Assembly: GCF_964355755.1 (NCBI RefSeq)
Contig: NC_092673.1
Coordinates: 22,441,648 to 22,505,647, forward strand
Origin: Antedon mediterranea
Taxonomy: Eukaryota > Animalia > Echinodermata
Length of the DNA stretch: 64,000 nucleotides
Direction: 5' to 3'
The stretch's first letter is position 1; each line of letters opens with the position of its first letter. The position numbers were made by a program, and so were the translations under genes. Below the pieces are notes generated by a model that worked only from the letters and a program-made list of their open reading frames with translations, did not search any database and was not told the DNA's origin. This document shows, piece after piece, positions 37,401-52,400 of the stretch.

Positions 37401-40400
37401 CAACCTTGCTAATCTTGTACAGACCATCTTGGCCCTGTCCTTCTTTCTCCTTAAAATAATCATTGGCGGTGAACGTCCGTGAAATATCTCGTTGAATTAC
37501 TGCCTCAAACGACGATTCCTTAAAGACAAAAACAAATATATTGTATTCATATGATTCTCAATAATTCATAAGTTTTATATATTTAAACTGTTTAAATATA
37601 AAAAAAAATGTTAGGCATTGTTAACGTTTTTTGTCAATGATTAACCACTAATTTAAACGGTTAATTGGAAGCACAAATTTAGCAGAATGCGGTTGGTCTA
37701 ATCATATTTTTTAAATAAATAGTTTATTTGGTGCTATGCAGCAGAAAAAGATCTATATCAAGATTGACAAGCATGTTAACCACCAAGCTACTGTAAAGTT
37801 TCACTACAAAAAGTTCAAGAGAAATATTAATTTATTCTACAAACACATTCCGATAATTGTTTTATAATTAAATTACTGGATTCACACCCATTGGCTTTAT
37901 ATCAAGCATATCAAACGAAGCTATTAATTTTAAATTATACTCTGAATAAATTGGCAACTCATAGAAGGAATGGACATCTCCTGTAATCAATACTCTTGAT
38001 TACAAAGTGAAAATAATTATACATTATATTGAAGCAAGGAGTAATAGCAGAACATTAGAACTACATACCTTGGGGGACACACTACCCCTATTAAGTGAGC
38101 AATTTTTACCCTCTACTTAACTTACACATCCCTTATTAGAAGTGAATATTATTTTAAGACCCAAGGATGTCTGCTTATTCCGGTTATGCCGGTTCAACTG
38201 TATAATATTTCACTTTCAAAATGAAGCTTTAAATTTTTAAGGATATATTGTCCCCCCTAAAAAAATTCGTTTTTTAACTGTCAGACAATGGTTTTTGGTT
38301 AAAATTAACCGTTTTGTTTGTCTTCGGGTTTATTTGTTTTCTTTTTACAGAAGTGAATAACTTTATTAAAACTGCAAAATAAACCTTTAAAGTATGATTT
38401 TATTTTCATTTTCATGTTTTTGGGGGACAATACATCTTTAATGAAAGTAGAAGGTAGGACCTATTTAAGAGACTGTTGTGAGAGGTTGTATACACTGTAA
38501 TTATACAGGTTGTATATTATAGCACGATAAAGTGTAAGTCATACTAATCTATATTACTAATGATTAGCCAAGAAGTTGTTTAATTTAGAACAGAGGAAAT
38601 TAGTAGGTATGAAATGATTTACAACTATAATCAAAACAAAAAGAATTTATGTCATCAATTTGCTCTTCTTTTTGAGCAGAAAATGAGTCATAAATCAAAC
38701 TAAACTGTTTGGATGAGAACAAAGTAATCTCAGGAAAAATTAAAACATTTGTAGATAAACTAGGCATTAAATGTTTGAATTTAGAAAACAAAATTGCATC
38801 TTTCGGTTTCTTGATTCTTAATTGTTATTCTTGATTGTAATCATAGTGTATGGAAAATTTAAGTGAAAAAGGTAAATTTTTTCTAAGGATAAAAAAAGTG
38901 GTTGTTTCCTAAGACTGGCCAACACAAAAATTGGTTTAGAATGACTATTTTTTAGTAGAAATTGCATGATTGGATTTTCTATAGTGTCCTCTATTTTTTT
39001 ATTGTAGATTTAGCGAAGTATAGTTTTTCTCAGCAAGAGTACATAATTCAAATGTGACTAACTAAAAACTAATCAGATTGGTTTTTAATCGATGTCTGCT
39101 TTTATCTATATTAAGTATTGACTTTACCATGAACCATAACAACAACAAAAAACCAACAAGAATTGAATTACGACGATGATCTTAGAGAGCTAAGTAATGA
39201 TTCAGCAACATATCTCAGCTTGCAGCTCTTGGTGCTAGACTTTACACAGTTTATTTAATCAATCCAAAATGTAATGATGTATTGCCTATCAAATTCTTAA
39301 GTGAAAACAATTATCTAGAATCTTGAGCTGAAAAATTATTACATTATTCACTTAACAAGATGAGACAATTTAATTAAGTGAGACAATTTAATTAAGTGTA
39401 TGTGCTGCTATTTTACCATCCCCCTCCATAAAAATTAAAACATTCAAAATGCATTTGACGCCTAAAAATGTGAAATGTACTGCAACAAAAATACACAAAA
39501 AAACCAATCAACTAGACCGCATAGATTTAAGATATTCAGTTTAATGCCTAAAGATTACAGTATTGATTACAGTATACGTTAAAACCATGAATTTTAATGA
39601 CTGAGGATTGATACTGTGGAAATAATCAGGCATTCAGGCATAACTGAAAATTCAGACCTACCAAAATTGTACACTACTGTTAAACAAAATAAGTTCTGAA
39701 TCAAGCAAAAAAATGTTATGTCCTTTGACACAAACATACAAAGTGAAATACAACTAAAAACTAAATTCATCAACAATTTAACTTCCAATTGATTACACTG
39801 GTTGTGTAGCAGTTTCAGTTACAACAACGACACACTTACGCCCACCCTAAAGAATTATACACATAATTTAGTACCTTTTTAAATCAATTAAATTTCACAC
39901 AAACATTTTGTGAAATCTTACCTCCCTTAGGAATCGTTAAAAAACTTTTTGTAAAAGCTGATAAACAGAAAATACTGATAAATAAATGGGATAAACAATA
40001 TTAATAATAAATCACAATGGCAGACAAAAACAAGTAATTATGTTAGATCCTTTTCAAATGTGAATAATACGTTACCATTAGTACATAAGTATAGACATAA
40101 GTAATTGCGGCATAGGTATGAATGATTTCATTATTTAAAGATGTATTGTTCCCTAAAAACATAATAAAATCAGACTTTGAATAATCCATTTTATAGCTAA
40201 AATAGTATGCACAAATGTAGGGCCCTACAACAAGAAAAGAGATATATACGTTTTTAAAAGTTGAACGTCTCATGAATTTTTGTTTGTTTTGATGTCATTT
40301 CAGAATTCCATAACTTGGTTGTGGTATACAAAAGTAGGTTTACTTTGTTTATAATTTCAAGACATTTTTAATGAATAAAAATCTTTAAATCCCACAAAAT

Positions 40401-43400
40401 CAACCTATACCAAACAGTACACAATTTATTGTTGTACAAGATTTATGCCGTTTTTGTGGAATATATTTTGTGAATTGTTAATTGCTGTTCTGATTTAATA
40501 ATCAGATCTAGTTTTCGTTAGATTTATCTTCAGGTTTCTATAAAATGCAGGTAATAAAGAATCATGTTACTAAAGCAACATTACATCAAGTAATTTTATT
40601 AAACCTTCATCTCTCTTCACGTTGATCTTTCTGGCAATTCCTTCTTTTAATAGCTGTTTTGTTTACGTCCACCTCACACATGTGGCATTCTCAAACTTTG
40701 TGAGGTATATCTTTTTATCTGTGTTTACAGAGTAATAAGTAGAAACATCTCAAGAGTTGTTATCAAGTAATCACACCGTGTTATCTAAGCCATGTCTAAG
40801 CTGACTAACAGGCCTAAACCAATGACAGCTTATTATATTCTCTAGCTAATGGACAAAAATCAGTTTATTACGGAGATAAACAACTTACAACGAGTCCATC
40901 AACCAAGAGAATTCGAAACTGACTCCACCTCCACATTGCTATCTGCGATCTAATCTTTAACGAGACTCTACAAAAACTGAGGGTACTAATCAACTTAAAA
41001 GGTTAGTGGGCCAATTAACTCGTAGAGCATGGGTTATTATTATGCCCACTCATACCTCTTTAGTGTATAGGCAGGGAGTTAATGCTAAATTTATATTTTT
41101 AGGTGGATGCTATTGATGCTATCCATAGTTCTAGGAATGAATCTACAGTAGTACACAGGGTAAACCCCCTACTAATATCAAAAGATGTACTGTACTGGGA
41201 ATTTTAAGTTTAATGCTGACCAAATGCCAGTTAAATTATTAGAATCGACTTATTTTTCACATTTTTAACCGTTTATGGAAGAAAAAAATTATAGCAAAAG
41301 GACCATATATTATTTACTTTTACATTAAATGTAGTTTGTGAATTAGATCTAAAAAGCGTAGCGAATGGGACTTTAAATATTTAAAGGAAATATCTCACTT
41401 TAATGTTATTGGTAAATACGGCAACGGTTGTAACTCATGATTGTATGGTATGGCGAGTTAACACTTTATTTAACTAAATAATATCTATTATTTTTTATCA
41501 TATTCTGTGTATTTGACTGAACCACTTGTTTGAAAGCTATAAAACTACCAATATATAAGTCCCTAGATGATGTTTCCATAGTTACACGAAGCATAATTTT
41601 TTTTATTACAAACTACTAAACTAAAGTTGAGCTAAAAACAGATATTACCTTTCACCTTAATATGGTAATCTACACATGCCTGTACAGATGACACATATTA
41701 AACTTGTTTCTCTTCATGCAATCGTAAACATTTGAATGATACTTCATGTGTTCGCATTTTTCTAAAATCATGCCTTGATTAAACTGCCTCTTGTATTGTA
41801 AGTTGATTGAGTAACTCTATCAAGAACTGATCGAATTATTTTAAAAACTTAAAAAAAACAGCACATGAAACAAATTTGTACGATTTGAATCTGTACCTGA
41901 TTTAGACTCCGAATTCTTTTGTCCAATCAGCAGTGAGCATGAATGACCTACAGTAGCTTGACAACTGATAACCGATAACCGAATTTGTGCTCAATATGAA
42001 AACACTCGCAATATTTTTCTCATGGCGCCGGATCGAATCGAATCGAAAGATGAGAAAGTAGCTTAAACCTGTAAAAGTCTTTTATATTAAGGTTTTATAG
42101 ATTTTGTGAGCTATTACATAAATCTTTCAGTTTCTGTTATTTCTTTTATTTATGTTTTTGTTTACATGTGATGAAATAACAATAATAGGAATAATTGTAA
42201 TGTTATATATGAAAAGTGAGCTGAGATAATAGCAAGGAATGATAAAGTATTATCTAGATTGGCGCCATACAATATTTCTTACACAAATCAATCACTTTCA
42301 TAGCATTTAATAGCACTTTAAAAACAATCTGATCATGTTTCTATATGACTACCTTATGGAAAGTGTGCTCAATTACCACAGACTTTTAATCAATCAGTTT
42401 ATAATTAACATCTAAATATCTTATACACACCCTTTAATTTAATCTAAAAATAACTTTTCCAAACATTTTTTTAATCTAAAAAAAAACACAACATTAGCAT
42501 CTAAGATCTAAGCACAATCATCATGTGAACACTACTTTTTCGAAAAAAAATATAAAAAAAATAACTGTCTCACTCTCATATACCATTTAATCTGAAAATA
42601 ACTTTCATACACACTTTGAAATAATTTAATCGCTGAAGATTGTAACACTAATATAATACAATGTTTAGTATTATGTACATAAGTGTATATCTCTCTAACC
42701 TAATGAGTTTTTGACATGGCGATTACATTAGATTACACAGTGCAAACAAGTGTGTGAAAGCGGTGTAAGATTATCCATATATAATATACTTATTTCACTC
42801 ATCAGGTGTGTAAAAAAAAACTTCTTGCCAATAAGCCAAACCCAATAAATTAGGAAGAACATCATCACATTTCAAATGTATTCATGTAGTCAAAAGATTT
42901 AATCAATATTGTTAACGATTAAATTTACAAATGGTATGATTGTAAAAGTCATGTCAAGACTAAAGACTTATGAATGTACAGTAAATACCTTGTAAATCAT
43001 GTTTTGTAGCGCAAACTTTCTAAAAACTAGAACTCTTCCAAGCCCAGAATGTAATTCCGGAAAACCAAGAAATGTTTATTTATTGACCGGGAATGGAAGA
43101 GTTGATTGCAACCTGTTCAATTGTTTCCTGCATTTGTGTATATTAATTTTTTAATATATGTACTTATGATACTATAAATCATTAGGAAAGGAGTGGTTGA
43201 AAAAATATGAAAGTGTTCACATGAGTATCATCTACAATACATTTTCTCATCTATACAATATTTTTACATTACATACATAAAAATATATAATGTGTTGATG
43301 CATACATCCAGTTGACATTGACATTAAATAAATTAATGTTGAAACATGGATTTAGGAGTATAATACTGGACCACTGCTTGAGAGTACCCTATAGGACATC

Positions 43401-46400
43401 TTTATTCAAGAGTCCTATGGAGGACACCTCTATTCAGAAGACACCTCTATTCACGGGACACCTCTATTGAGAAGACACCTCTATTAAATGGACACCTCTA
43501 TTCAGAAGATACTGTATCTCTATTCAGAAGACACCTCTATCAATCAATCAATCGATCGTTCGATTTATATAGCGCCATTCCAACATTCATTGCTCATGGC
43601 GCTGTACAAAAATCATAAAAGGTGAGTTTTGAGTAGTGACTTAAAGTGACTCAATAATGATGTGTGTTTAATGTTCAAGGGTAGGTGGTTCCAGAGCCTA
43701 GGTCCAGCAACACTGAAAGTCTGATCTCCCCAACTATGTTTGCTCCTTGGAATGTCCAGTAGCACCTGATGACTAGATCTTAGTTCTCGCTTTCTCGCTC
43801 TAGTCAGGGGAACCTCTATTAAGAGGACACCTCTATTCAGAAGGGTACATATTCTTGTGATGAAGAAGGGGAAATATATTTTTTAACACTACAGGCCAAC
43901 CCTATATTCAGGGAACAACACAATGGGACACTTTTGGGTCCCAAAGGTGTCCCCTTTATAGGGGTTCTATTCAACTATATACAGTACACTGTACTTTTTC
44001 AAGGGTTTCCTAAAGATTATAAGCCATATTATATACAATAATTTTTGATCTAATGTTAAATTTCATATTCATTGAATGGTCATTGAATGGGTCATTGAAT
44101 GGATCATTGAATTGAACGATAAGGGCCATTTGGTAATACATAATTATGTCCTATAGACAATTGGTAATTAATTAATTGTTAATTAATATAGTACTAATTG
44201 ACACTAATACTAAATAGTGTCATAAAAAATATTAAAATAATGTAGCTCCATGTTGTAACACTATTTTGATACAGTACTTAACCAGTACACATTTTATAAC
44301 CACTGCAGTGCATGTGATTTCTGAAAACATTAATTTATTTATTGATATCAATTCATTAAGGTTATTATGTACAAGCATAGAGATATAATATCTCTATGGT
44401 ACAAGTTACAACCCCTGAAATAATGTTATAATGTAGGATGATCAATCTGTCAATCAAATTAGTAAGCTCCACCCACAAAACTCCTTTGACAAATCAAGTC
44501 AAGGCTCCTCTCACAAGCAAGTAAAACTAGTCATCTGTGACATTTATTTTCAGTTATAGCTCAGTTTTGTACAGGAATTAAACAAAGCCGTATTTAAAGA
44601 GTTTTCGTTAGGCCTAGCCTGGTATCTAATATTCCAACTGCTATTTATTGATATATTTGGAGGTATATATTTATTTTAAGGTAAGTAATTGTAAGAATAT
44701 TGAAGTAGTGCAGTACTACTACTGTAGTTTAAGCTTAAAAATTACTTATTTTATTAATCAACTGATAATTGACTGATATCAAGTACCAACACTGTACATT
44801 TTTTTCTATATAATATATTACAGTCCTACAATAGGGAAAATGTTATATAGTATAGTACTTGCTTTGTTTTTAAACTATCCTGCCTAAAACAGAAAAATAT
44901 GGAAACAAACCGTGGAAAGCGTAATTTCTGAATGACGAAAAACGTTTCAAGAGAGAGGAGAGTTTGTTTTAAAAATTGTTTGTTTATTTGCACGATAGCT
45001 TCCCCAATTTCTAAATTTAATATCCTGAATTTTGTTGCTGTTTTACTTACAGACCATGCCTATTGATTTTCACAAAAATCAATATATTGATGAATCACAA
45101 ATGCTTATTAAAATCTCAAGTTGCAATATATCTTCACTTTGGGCTGAAATAATAAATAGCATGCTCTCTGTTTCTCTATTTTTATCAAGTATTTTGCTGA
45201 GTTTCCGAGTGCATTATTGATATATTTTTTTCAGTTTAATAATTTTGGGCAGTAGAATTGGGAAAATTAAAATTAAGTTTTAAAATCAAAAAATTTAAAT
45301 GGCATTCCAGAATTTAAAAAAATTTATCGTGCCAGATTTGCATATTAAAAACATTCAAATATAACAAGATATAAAACTACATTACATTATAAAAGGTGAA
45401 ATGAAGGACAGGAAAAAACCATTGAAGACAGACAATTGATTATGAAAATATTGGATAATTTAAGTATTAAAATATGGAAGATTAAATCTTTTTATGATAC
45501 GCACACTGCTAAACTTAGCACTTAACAAATAACCGTTTTAACTTCATACTGTCCATTGCTTATCAATACAGATTAATCTTCTAATTGAACTAAATTTTAC
45601 TTAAAAAGGTAAAGTCGAAACTGAAGCGGTGGTGCCTATCTTTTACTTTATTGGTGCATTGTCCATTCATACATTTTATTTAGCCAATTTAAAATTGTGT
45701 GTTGGGAGGAAGAGGGGTACTTTTGACATACTGTACCGCTACTCATTGCTGTCACCTGGATGGGAAAATAATGATAATAATACAATTTGTATAGCGCCTT
45801 TCCAAATTGATCAAGGCACTTCACATGGGAAGGAACAAGGTGGATAAAGAATTCAAAATCATTAATAAATGTAGTAGAGTTTGGTAGTTTTTCCAGATAG
45901 TTTACAGAGATGGGGATAAACAAACAATTGGATTTCATTATTGTTGTTTAGCTGTAATGACATGCTCTGTTGATTCTTAAAATCCGGGACTTTTGACACT
46001 ACGTCACCTTACAAGGTATAGAGCAAGTCAATCAATCTCAGCATGCGAGCAAGTAGGATGATCCAATAAATTAATATTTAATATTTTTTTTGATAAATAT
46101 ATATTGCATTATAAGAATATAGTATTAATATGATATTTGTACGATACACTTTTGAATAAGGAAATATTTTCATTAAAAAAAATTTGCAAGCTGTTCTCAG
46201 GTGGGATTATAATAACCGACCTCTGGATCGCTAATGTGGCGTCCATACAGTACGTCTAGACCAAAGAAAAAAAAAAAAATTTGTATGCACAATAACCGAA
46301 AAAATGGTATACATTTATTATAGTGTACATTTTACTTAAGATGACACTTCTAAAGACAAAGCAAGTGAATTGGCTCTCCCAATACCCGACACGCTTGGTT

Positions 46401-49400
46401 TTGGCGTACTACAGTAGTAATGTCTTGTTTTCTAAAAAGTCTGGTATGCTAAATGGGTTTTTATTTGTTGTTTTATTTCAAATCCATACATCATATATTA
46501 TCAGTAAATAACATTTGTATGATGAAACATCAAGAAAATATATGAAGATGAATAGATTCAGGACAACCCAATTAAGAATTAAAAGAATTAGTTTCCATTG
46601 GGGTCCGAATAAAAACAAAAATAGGATGACTTGTGTTTCAAGAAAAATCTGTTTTTAATATCAGAGTTTTCAGTTTTGAGCGAGTCCGGTATTGGGAGTG
46701 TTGACTGTATTACACTTTATACAGTAAAATTTATAGTTACTACTAAAGGTTACCCATTGATAAGCCATTATCAGCTTGATTTATAATTCACTGTACAGAA
46801 CAAAAAAACTATAAAGTTTGTAGTTTAATAAACAAACTGCTCTTGACTGAATTTAATGTACCATGGAAAACAAATACAAACTAAGGTTAAAACAAATTCC
46901 ATGTTTCTTCTGCTAGATATAACTATGCAAATTAAAACAGAACAAATAACAACTAAATTAAATGTCCTTAAAAATAAAATTAATACTGGTTATAATACTT
47001 ATGTGTGTGTCGGAATGGCATGGATGTCAGTGGGGCAATGGTGGTTTTTTGTTTTGATAGCGACCACACTGTTAACCTTTATTTTTAGGCTGCCATAACT
47101 GGTTATTGAAAATTTGTCCTGTTTCTGCTGCAAAGAAATTTGCGTAGCAGAAACAGACTCTAACATGAATGAAACGAAAAAAAAATCATTATGTTATAAT
47201 AAGGAATTATCAAATCCCTGGTTATAATTTAGAGTAATTAAAAACAAAACTATTATTATTTAAATATTGACCTGTTTTAAGTACTTGAACTAGCTTAGGT
47301 CAAGGTTACACATCATCTGCTACTGTATACTTTATAACAATTGGAAACAATTGATAAATCTACCACAAAATCTACCACTGGGAAATCTTTATTGTAATGG
47401 TGAACCTAAGGGCCTGTTTCTGCTGCAGCGCCTTGTTAGACTACCTCTCTTTTTGGGCTCCCAAATAACTGTTTAATAAAGTCGGTTATTGACAAAAAAC
47501 TAAAAAAAATTTCCCAAAATGTAATGTGATCAGATAGATAACATTTAGTTGTGTTGTAGCTAAAAGTTGCACATCGATATTTAACCGGTTAATTGTCATT
47601 TGCATGCATGTTTAAAACAGTATTTTTACATTTATATTTTTTTGCCAGTACAGTAATTGAAAAGTTGTCCAATTTCTGCCTCAAAGAAATTGGGGATTAT
47701 ATCCACATGGTTTAAACCACTACAAATTTCTGAGCTAATCATTACCTTTTTTAGGGTAGGCAGGTGTTTAACATTCTTTTTAAATAAAACAGGAATTTTG
47801 AATATTCAATGTTTTAAAATGTTAATGATTATAATATTCTGGATGACCCTTTAAGATTCTTAATTTTGTTTTCTTTGCAGAAGCTTCTAATTAATGGTAC
47901 TGTACTTTTTTTGGAGATGTTTTATCAAGTCAATGCCATGTAATGCTGATAAATTAACATCAGATTTTGACCTGAAAATGATTTCCAGATTTGATTTATT
48001 TATAGATGCACAAAATAAATTTCTTGCTATTGGTTAGAGTACTTTGGGGAAGTCGACGACTATGTACGACAACTACAGTGATAGCATAAATATCAGTAAT
48101 ATCACCAATATCAGCGATGACAGCGCAAATAACGATTTCAAACCTACACGCTTACTCGTTAGTTTTCTTGTGTTGACAGCCATGATTCTGATAATTTGTG
48201 GCAACCTGATAGTCATCACTGTTTTTCATTACACACCCTCATTAAGGAATCCAAACACAGTTTTCATCACGTCTTTAGCGATTGCTGATCTCGGGGTTGG
48301 AATAAGCTGTCTGTTCTCGGTTTATGCTCTTTTTACTGGAGAGAAACTGAACACTTATTTATGTCAAGCTATAGGATTTTTCCTAACTGTTGTAGTTGGC
48401 GTTTCCATCATGACATTGGGCTGCATCAGCATCGATCGTTACATTGCCGTGACAAAACCACTCAAATACACCTACATTATGACTAAAAAACGTACAAGAG
48501 TGATTTCTGTTTGCGTGTGGATTTTAAGTGTCGCTATCTTCAGCCCATCGTTGTTCGGGTGGGGCAATTACGAATTTAACGATTACACGTATGAATGCCG
48601 ACTAAAATGGGACATTGATGTTCAATTTTCATTTTACGTTTTATCCGTTCTCGTTTTTCCAAATATAGTTATATCTAGCTTTTGTTACTATCACATTTAC
48701 AAAGCGTGTCGACGTCAGGTAAAAAAACATATTACGCAAATGGAAAATTTTTCTGTGGATGACACGACAGGTGCTTCGGACAGAGAATCTAATCGCAAAG
48801 TGCAAGAGCGTGCCGTAGCCAAGATATTCCTTGTCATTGTTAGTGCATTCTATTTTACATGGCTGCCGTTCATTATAATACGCATCTTAGAAGGAATTAT
48901 ACCCAACATTGATATACCAAACTTAGTATCGTTTTTAACAGCATGGATGGGGATTTTTAATAGTTTTTTAAACTGCTTAATATATAGTATAAGTCACAAA
49001 TCGTTCCAAGCTGGTCTAAAAGCGTTATTAAAGACAATAAAAGATGACTGTATTTACTATTGTAGAAAACATACTGCTAAGTGTTGCAACAGGGTATAGG
49101 TTATCTGATAACAAATATTCCATTTAAATGATTTAATTCAATAAACCTTGTTTTAATTTAATGCTACTTGTAATGTTAAAATAATTAATGTATTGCGCAG
49201 TATTAATCTATAAATAAATTCAATCTTGTGAAGACATCTTTTAATCTAAATTTGTTGTTGCTATCAAACGTAAAAATGCTCAAAAAGTTATGAAGGCAAA
49301 AGGAAAAGAATGTACATTACTAAAACACTTATACAAAATATCCCCTGAACGCCAATGGGTCAAAGACATGACCTTCTCGAAGGTAAAAGCCATTAAACAC

Positions 49401-52400
49401 TTATACAAAATATTCCCCCTGAACGCCCTTGGGTCAAAAGTACACGACCTTCTCAAAAAGTAAAAGCAATAACAGAACCCTTGGGAACATTCCTGAACTC
49501 TATCGACACAAACCCATCTTTCATTTGGTGAAAAAATGTTCTTTGATGAATGAAAGATGAAATAGGCCCTGTTCAGACCCATGGCGTTAGACCGTTTTAG
49601 CGTACGACGCTAAAAGAATGTGTGTCTGAACAGTTGGGGATTAGCGTACAACGCGTCGTACAACGGTTGTAGCGTTGTAGTGGAAAACGGTTGATAGTAC
49701 CGTTTTAGCGTACGACGCTACTGTAAGTCAACGTTGTATCCAATCAGAACGTTTCCTGTTATGACGCGATACAAGGTTTGACCTAGGCTGACATCTTGTA
49801 TCGTCAATGTGTGAGATGGATTTCAATAACAAAAAGGCCAGAATAAATAAGGCCTAACTACACTACAAATACAACTGTTACAAAGGCTACAAACTACTAT
49901 CAACTGATTACCATTATATTTTCTCACAAATGACATAAATACATGCACCTTGTATTTAAACAGGGACTACGATCCCATACGCTTTTAGACCTAGGCCTAG
50001 CTAGGCCTAGAGTCGATCATCCACGCATTTCATTCAAGCTAAAAACTAGCGTGGGACATAAAGTCACTCATTCATACAAGGCAGACTAGACTGGACAAGT
50101 TTAATGCTGAAAACTAACCCCCTAACTCCTAAAAAATTCAGTAAACAAACAAGGGGAGCTGTGTCCCTTTTATTAGCAAGTAGGGTTATTTTCAACCGAC
50201 TGGAACAAAAAATATATATCTTTGACTGGACTGGATAGACTAATCACAATCAATTTTTTCTTCATCATTAGAAGGCCTGCTTTATTTTCGTAACACAAGA
50301 ACCTGGGGAAAATGTTTTTAACACAAAATAAAACAATAGAAACAGAAATTTGGCCTTACTATATTTTTCTTAAATAAATGCTGAGGTATGTTTTATTTAC
50401 GGCAAATTTTGTCATAATTGTAGGGCTGAGATCTAGGCCTATATACAGAGTGGAAATAATGATGAAAACACGTGGGTAAGAGCACATGAATATGCAACTA
50501 GAAACAACCTGAATGACGTACTTCCGTTGTAACGATAATCGTACGCTATGGGTCTGAACACCTCGTTTTTTTCTCTGCGGTTTGTAACGTGACCTTGCTA
50601 GTAACGTTGTACGCTAAAACGGTCTAACGCCATGGGTCTGAACAGGGCCATAGACATTTAAACCCGGAGCTAAGTTTTAAACAATGATTTACATCTTATT
50701 TGGCAAACTGACATGACATCAATATCTTTTTTAATATACAGTACTATGTTACCCAAGACTAACCCAAGTTCACTAACCTACAGCATGGTTGAATTCATGT
50801 TACAAAGATACAGGTATTGATTACAATGTGATTTATACCAACAAGAAATTACAATCATCAAAAAATTCTTGGAAGGATTCATTAAAAAGTACAATCATCG
50901 TAAAAAAAAAGCCATTATTTACCTTCAAAATAAATATTTTTTAAAGATAGCTTTTTGCGGTTTGAAATGAATCACATCGAAATGTAATCACGTACTAGAA
51001 ATTAATGGAAATTATGCAATCCTATACTTAGATTGTTAGAATGTTTAATTGAAATGATAAGATTCACATAAAATTCACTTGAAGTTGGACAAATTGGAAA
51101 AACACTCAAGGAGAAGACAGAGCTAATTAAAAAGAAGAAGTAATGATCATCTAATAAAATGAAATTAAACAACATGTTCACGATATCAAGCAACACAATG
51201 AAAATACTTTTTTTGAGGATGGAAAATATTAAAGGGCAAAAAAAAAGTTCCCAGACCTGACCGACCCAACATTTGATCTGCATTTGATTTGATTAACATT
51301 TCTTTGATTTGTGGTAGTGTTTTAGCAAATCTACCGTATATAATTTAAAAAAAAAAGAATCCAACTAAATATAAAAAAAAAGATTGATGCTGTGCTTTTT
51401 AGACGAAATAAAATTGTGTATTTATTTTATTTCACTTCAACATATCTATGTTTGCTTTTATATAAAGTAATTACATGATTGTGTTGATATCAGTCCAGAT
51501 TAGCATATGCTATTAATTGTGAAAGTTCATGTACAAGGTCTTAGAACACACTGTGTAAATATTATACTGCATTAATTGTGAAGTGTGAATATTTTGCTTG
51601 TCAAAAAACTAATTAGTCTACCCTCATGAATGTCTGAACAGATCAAGAATCCAAGTTATGCTGCTTCAACTATACTCCAACTACTGTACTCCATTCTAGT
51701 GCGTTTTCTATTAAAGACCCCTTACCTACAATTTGTGACGTTTTGTAAAAATAATACTTATATATTACTTTAGAGAGTGAGCTTATAACCACAAAAATAT
51801 TCTCCAGGATTGTTTGCGTCACATCTAGCGTTGGATAGATTGGAATCGTTTGATGTTTCATTCTAAGAGCGCTACATCAAACTTGTAAAGTTATGTAAAA
51901 TAAGGCAAACTTTACAACAAGAAACATTAATTTAATCTTACCTTTACTATTAGACGACGGTAATGTTCTAGCATATCTTTATTGTCGTGACATCCACAGA
52001 GTAGTTGCCACACTTCACCTCTCAGTGCTTCCGGTATTCCCTTACGGACAAGTGGCACCAGTTGCTTAGGCCTAGTGTTGAGGTCTTGACGCCATTTGGT
52101 CAGTAGCTCTCCCCAGCTTACAAGAACTGTTTCGGCACAATCTTTACCAACAGTGCCTGACCCGCTCTGCAATGGTTCATCATCATCTGAATATATCAAT
52201 ATATAATTAGTGCTTAAAATACAGTACATAAAGTATTACTAGTGTACCGATATACTAAGGCTGTAGCAGGTTTTTAATAGGGGTTTCTTTTTACCACAAA
52301 AGTGTCAAAATCTTCAAAAGCTAGGCTACTTTAACAGTCTTGTTTACAATCACTGCTAGTGTCTAGTTTAAAAAGGGAAACTTTACAGAAAAAACAATTT

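Noticed and set aside
48044-48061. TTG start of the GPCR in the ORF track
   Set aside because: Eukaryotic gene; the first in-frame ATG is at 48062
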